From the NCBI GenBank assembly GCA_050294405.1, contig JBNKOC010000012.1, positions 160,001 to 224,000 on the forward strand: a stretch of 64,000 nt of DNA, in the 5' to 3' direction. This document shows positions 60,253 to 64,000 of the stretch, in pieces (position 1 is the first letter of the stretch; every line of letters begins with the position of its first letter). This DNA is from Fibrobacteria bacterium. GTDB lineage: Bacteria; Fibrobacterota; Fibrobacteria; UBA11236; JADFYW01. The notes below the pieces were generated by a model. That model searched no databases, was not told the origin of the DNA, and saw only the letters and a program-made list of their open reading frames with translations. The position numbers and the translations under genes are program-made.

Positions 60253-61740
60253 ATGAGTTTAGGCCTAGAATTAAATGTTGGGATGAAGCTGGAGCAAAAG
60301 CTCTCCCCCCAAATGATCCAATCGCTAAAGCTTTTGCAGGTGACTGCCTTGCAGTTGGAAGCCATGATTACCGAAGAATTGGAAGTAAATCCGCTTCTGG
60401 AAAAAGAAGATGATAATAACTCCGATAATAATTCTTCGGACTCCGAGGAAAAATCTCAAAAAGACGGCGAATACGAAGAAATCAATCCAGAAAAAAATAA
60501 GGAAGAAGTGGATTGGGAGGCCTTTTTTGAAGATGGTTTTGATCCCGGCTATCGCCAATCTGAAGATGTAAGTCATAAGGATAAATTTGAAAGAGTTCCG
60601 GTTTCCGGTACTACGCTCCAGGATTTTTTACGAGCGCAGCTCCAGTACAAAAAAATCAATCCTCAGGTGCGTGATATTGTAGAATACTTAATTGACTGTC
60701 TCAGTGACGATGGATACCTGGTACTGGATGTGGAAGACGGAGGGAACCTTCCCCCTGTAGAAGAAAATCCATTTTTTCAGGAAGTCCACGAGCTAATCGA
60801 GCTTAAGAAAAACGACTTTGAAGTTTCCAAAGAAGTGAGAGAAGCTTTCCATATATTGCGGCGTCTGGAACCCGCTGGAATCGGTGCGCGCAACTTGCAG
60901 GAATGTTTGTTATTGCAGATGTATCGAGATGGGAATTGCAGCGAACTTGCTCTTTTAATAGTGGAAAAACATTTTGACTTGTTTAAGAAGCTAAAAATTT
61001 CGGCCCTTGCAAAAGAGCTGGATAAAGAAGCGGAAACTATTCAAACGGCTTTAAGGGAAATTGGCCGCTTTGAACCAAAACCTGGCCGCCAGGTGGCCGA
61101 CTCGGTAAGCGCTCCTATTATTCCCGATTTATTAGTGGAAGTTATTGATGGCGAAATCATATTGCTTTTTAATGACAGGTTTGCCCCATCTCTTCGGGTT
61201 TCCCGGAATTATTCCGATTTAATACGCAAAGGCAGCAAAGCCTCCGCAGACACCAAAAAATTTGTGCGGGATAAATTAAACAGCGCTTCCTGGCTTATTC
61301 GAGCCATTGAGCAGAGAAAAACCACCATGCTTAAGGTTATGCGGGCTATAATCAACAGCCAGCCGGAGTTTTTCTCAAAAGGCCCCACCCATTTGCGCCC
61401 TTTAATCCTCCAGGACATCGCCGAAAAAATTGGAATGCATATTTCCACCGTCTCACGGGTGATAAATGGAAAGTACGTGCAGACCCCTCATGGCATTTTT
61501 GAGCTTAAATATTTCTTCACGTCCGGGGTAGCCCAGGAGGATGGAACAGACGTTTCCAGCATCCAAATTAAAGAAGCCATTCGAAAATTAGTGAGCGAAG
61601 AAGATAGCCATAAGCCCTTAAGTGACCAAAAAATAGCGAATTTGCTAAAAGAAAAGGGCTTAGAGGTAGCTAGAAGGACTGTTGCCAAATACAGGGATCA
61701 GCTGGAAATTTTACCAGCACGCCTTCGCAAAGAATTTTAA
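60253..61740 (+). CDS. rpoN: RNA polymerase sigma-54 factor
   Basis: PQMIQSL.LLQ, H.STVSR, PLSD and the RpoN box ARRTVAKYR. Confidence 0.98.
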   Translation: MSLGLELNVGMKLEQKLSPQMIQSLKLLQVTALQLEAMITEELEVNPLLEKEDDNNSDNNSSDSEEKSQKDGEYEEINPEKNKEEVDWEAFFEDGFDPGYRQSEDVSHKDKFERVPVSGTTLQDFLRAQLQYKKINPQVRDIVEYLIDCLSDDGYLVLDVEDGGNLPPVEENPFFQEVHELIELKKNDFEVSKEVREAFHILRRLEPAGIGARNLQECLLLQMYRDGNCSELALLIVEKHFDLFKKLKISALAKELDKEAETIQTALREIGRFEPKPGRQVADSVSAPIIPDLLVEVIDGEIILLFNDRFAPSLRVSRNYSDLIRKGSKASADTKKFVRDKLNSASWLIRAIEQRKTTMLKVMRAIINSQPEFFSKGPTHLRPLILQDIAEKIGMHISTVSRVINGKYVQTPHGIFELKYFFTSGVAQEDGTDVSSIQIKEAIRKLVSEEDSHKPLSDQKIANLLKEKGLEVARRTVAKYRDQLEILPARLRKEF

Positions 61741-62075
61741 GGGCCAGCTTTTCTTGACTTTTGGTTGGGGGAGCACTACAATAAATGAATGCCGCTAGAC
61801 AAAATCTTGAGCAAAGACCTGTGGCTCGAGTTTTCTTTTCGTCCCCAAAATTCTAGTTTAATAAAGAATAAGGATAGTAGCGAAAAAGTCCATTCACCGG
61901 AGAAGTCTAGTGAAGCCTCAACCAAAAAACCGCCCTCACTCGCATCCAAACTATTTGACCTCAATTTTGGGGTAAGTTTTTATTGGGATTAATTGGAATG
62001 GTAGTTTTTTTAAGGTATGCTCACGCCCTCCGGTTAAAGGAACCAAAACAACAACCAAAAACTCATGGAGGTATC

Positions 62076-62399
62076 ATGGATATTAAAATCACCACTCGAC
62101 ATTTTAATGGCTCACCGGAACTCCAGGAAAGAATCCATAGTGTAATAGAAAAATTGGGACGATTTAATGATACTATTCGGGATGTCCACATAATTTTAGA
62201 CGCTGAGAAAAAAAATCTTAGAACCGTAGAGGCGATTTTTAATATTTTTGATAAGACTGTTTGTGTGAGTGCCCAAGGGCAAAATATGCACAAAGCCGTG
62301 GAGTCTGTTTTGCTGAAAGCTGAACGTCTCCTTAAAAAAGAAAAACAAAAGTTAAAAGAGCACCGCTCCGAAGCATTATCCGAGCTGGTTGCCGGATAG
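62076..62399 (+). CDS. hpf: Ribosome hibernation promoting factor (HPF/RaiA)
   Basis: MDIKITTRHF...; follows rpoN; GGAGG RBS before the ATG at 62076. Confidence 0.85.
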   Translation: MDIKITTRHFNGSPELQERIHSVIEKLGRFNDTIRDVHIILDAEKKNLRTVEAIFNIFDKTVCVSAQGQNMHKAVESVLLKAERLLKKEKQKLKEHRSEALSELVAG

Positions 62400-62422
62400 C
62401 TTTTTGGAAAGGAATTTAAGGG

Positions 62423-63421
62423 ATTAAGAAACTATACATAAAGAGGGCGAAGGGCTTTTCCGTCAAGGAGTTCTTTGAATACAACAAAGAAAAAATTGCG
62501 CTGGAACTGGCCAACCCCTCTGTCCCCCTATCCACTGAAATCATAGAGCGAGATATACATCGCCCTGGCCTCGCTTTGGCCGGTTTCACTGAAGTGTTTA
62601 GCTATCAGCGTATCCAGGTTATTGGGACTTCCGAATGGACCTATCTGGAATCCATTGGGCCAGACAAGCGCCGGGAAATTTTTAATCATCTTAAAGATTA
62701 TCGCTCTCCCATGTGGATACTCACCCACAGTTTTCCCGTTCACGAGGAACTCAGGGAAATGTGCGAATTACAGAAAGTACCCATTGTGGTTACTTCCATG
62801 CCCACCTCTGAATTTTCTATGGATTTGCAACGCATTTTGGAAGACTGGTTTTCACCTTATTGCATACTCCATGGCACCCTTGTGGATGTGTACGGGGTGG
62901 GAATGCTCTATACGGGAATCAGCGGCGTGGGAAAAAGTGAATGCGCCCTGGATTTGGTGGAAAGAGGCCATCGTTTAGTTGCCGATGATATGGTGAAGTT
63001 GGTAAAAAGCGGAAGCTCCATTGTGGGCAAGGGCAACGAAGCCCTGGGGCACCACATGGAAATACGGGGCGTGGGAATCGTAGACGTGGGTATGCTTTTT
63101 GGCATTCGCGCCATTCGAGACAAAAAAAAGGTGGAAATTATTGTGGAGCTTCAGCACTGGCGCGAGGGAGAAAATTACGACAGAACCGGGCTCGATGAGT
63201 TGACAGTAGACATTATGGGAGTTACCATTCCCCGCAAATTAATTCCTATTTCTCCAGGTAAAAACATTACGGTGATTTCGGAAGTAATAGCCATGAATAT
63301 GCTTTTAAAGATGAATGGGGTTGACGTGGCACAGATGTTTAATGAAAAATTGATAAAGAAAATGAATCAAAAGAGTAAAAAGAAATCTATCGAAATCATG
63401 TCTTCCGAGGTTTACGAGTAA
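62423..63421 (+). CDS. hprK: HPr kinase/phosphorylase (start codon non-standard or uncertain)
   Basis: IHRPGLALAGF, HGTLVDVYG.G, G.SG.GKSE.AL.LV.RGHRLVADD, EIRG.GI, YDR.G; frame is open from 62420 but the first TTG is at 62576. Confidence 0.93.
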   Translation: MKKLYIKRAKGFSVKEFFEYNKEKIALELANPSVPLSTEIIERDIHRPGLALAGFTEVFSYQRIQVIGTSEWTYLESIGPDKRREIFNHLKDYRSPMWILTHSFPVHEELREMCELQKVPIVVTSMPTSEFSMDLQRILEDWFSPYCILHGTLVDVYGVGMLYTGISGVGKSECALDLVERGHRLVADDMVKLVKSGSSIVGKGNEALGHHMEIRGVGIVDVGMLFGIRAIRDKKKVEIIVELQHWREGENYDRTGLDELTVDIMGVTIPRKLIPISPGKNITVISEVIAMNMLLKMNGVDVAQMFNEKLIKKMNQKSKKKSIEIMSSEVYE

Positions 63422-63475
63422 TGTTTTTTGCTAAATCTGCTTTTTACCTGCAGCCCAGGCTAAATCACTCTATTC

Positions 63476-64000
63476 ATGGTCAACGCTAAAATAAACTTTG
63501 TAGTGGGCCTGGTTATCCTGGTGGCCCTTTTTATCCTTATGTTCGGGATTCATTTTTTAAAAAACTCCGTTCCCGGAGAAAAAAAGGATATTTATTTCGC
63601 GGTTTTCCAGGAAGTTTCCACCTTGCAAAAGGGGGATCCGGTAAAATTAAACGGTGTTTCCATGGGCCGGGTGAAAGACATCGAACTATGGAAAAACAAA
63701 GTCAGGGTTCGCTTTGATTTAAAACGCAGTTATAAGGATCACGAGGGGCAGACCCACAAAATCAGCATCCCGGTGAATTCCACTTTGACCATTCAAAATA
63801 TTGGCCTTATGGGCGAGCGCCAAATTGAAATCCAGTTGGGAGATTCCCCTGAAAATTACCCTCCAGGTACCATCATCGAAAATGGAAAATTTGATGCGGG
63901 TATTGCTGAGGCCATGGGGACTGCCGGAAAAGTTTTTGAAGAGTCCGAAAAATTGATTTTGGATGTGAAAACCATTTTCGACAGCACTTTAGGTCGGGAT
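63476..64000 (+). CDS. MCE/MlaD family protein (runs off the window end)
   Basis: Own translation MVNAKINFVVGLVILVALFILMFG...F..VSTL..GDPV.LNGV.MG.V..I...IGLMGER.I.I..G: N-terminal TM plus MCE domain. Confidence 0.88.
   Translation, partial: MVNAKINFVVGLVILVALFILMFGIHFLKNSVPGEKKDIYFAVFQEVSTLQKGDPVKLNGVSMGRVKDIELWKNKVRVRFDLKRSYKDHEGQTHKISIPVNSTLTIQNIGLMGERQIEIQLGDSPENYPPGTIIENGKFDAGIAEAMGTAGKVFEESEKLILDVKTIFDSTLGRD

Noticed and set aside
61741..62075. Small ORFs or an RNA gene between rpoN and hpf
   Set aside because: No RBS-supported ORF, strong hairpin or recognisable RNA family; likely promoter/leader
1..64000. CRISPR arrays, tRNA/rRNA genes, transposases, prophage
   Set aside because: None recognised by eye; the phage-tail-like genes are explained by the T6SS

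Overview
Bacterial chromosomal window, probably Fibrobacterota (inferred from a TIGR02147-type gene, a DUF2341/LamG lipoprotein and basic C-terminal tails on secreted enzymes). From left to right: (1) hrcA-grpE-dnaK-dnaJ, then a sigma54 activator with a degenerate receiver, a tail-anchored pseudokinase and a Rieske protein. (2) An AT-rich ~13 kb accessory island (8.3-21.1 kb). It encodes a lysozyme-like domain fused to a domain very similar to the animal Hedgehog N-terminal signalling domain, with all Zn ligands kept. It also encodes a signal-less phospholipase C/acid phosphatase and a 3265-aa protein of unknown function. (3) Small housekeeping genes. (4) A type VI secretion tail cluster tssA-B-C-hcp-E-F-G-clpV-vgrG with no tssK, tssJLM or PAAR in the window. 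TssA has a duplicated N-terminal domain, a near-consensus CRP box lies before hcp, and VgrG has an unusual repeat spike. (5) GH43, a CDF transporter, fpg, a metX-metW fusion, bioB with atypical cluster ligands, hisHF, a MITE-like element, a secreted PQQ/GSDH propeller and a candidate sRNA. (6) tldD-pmbA-ABC-lptCAB-rpoN-hpf-hprK-mlaD. The most striking observation is the lysozyme-like/Hedgehog fusion and its island about 4 kb from the T6SS. All calls come from motif recognition by eye; no searches were run.
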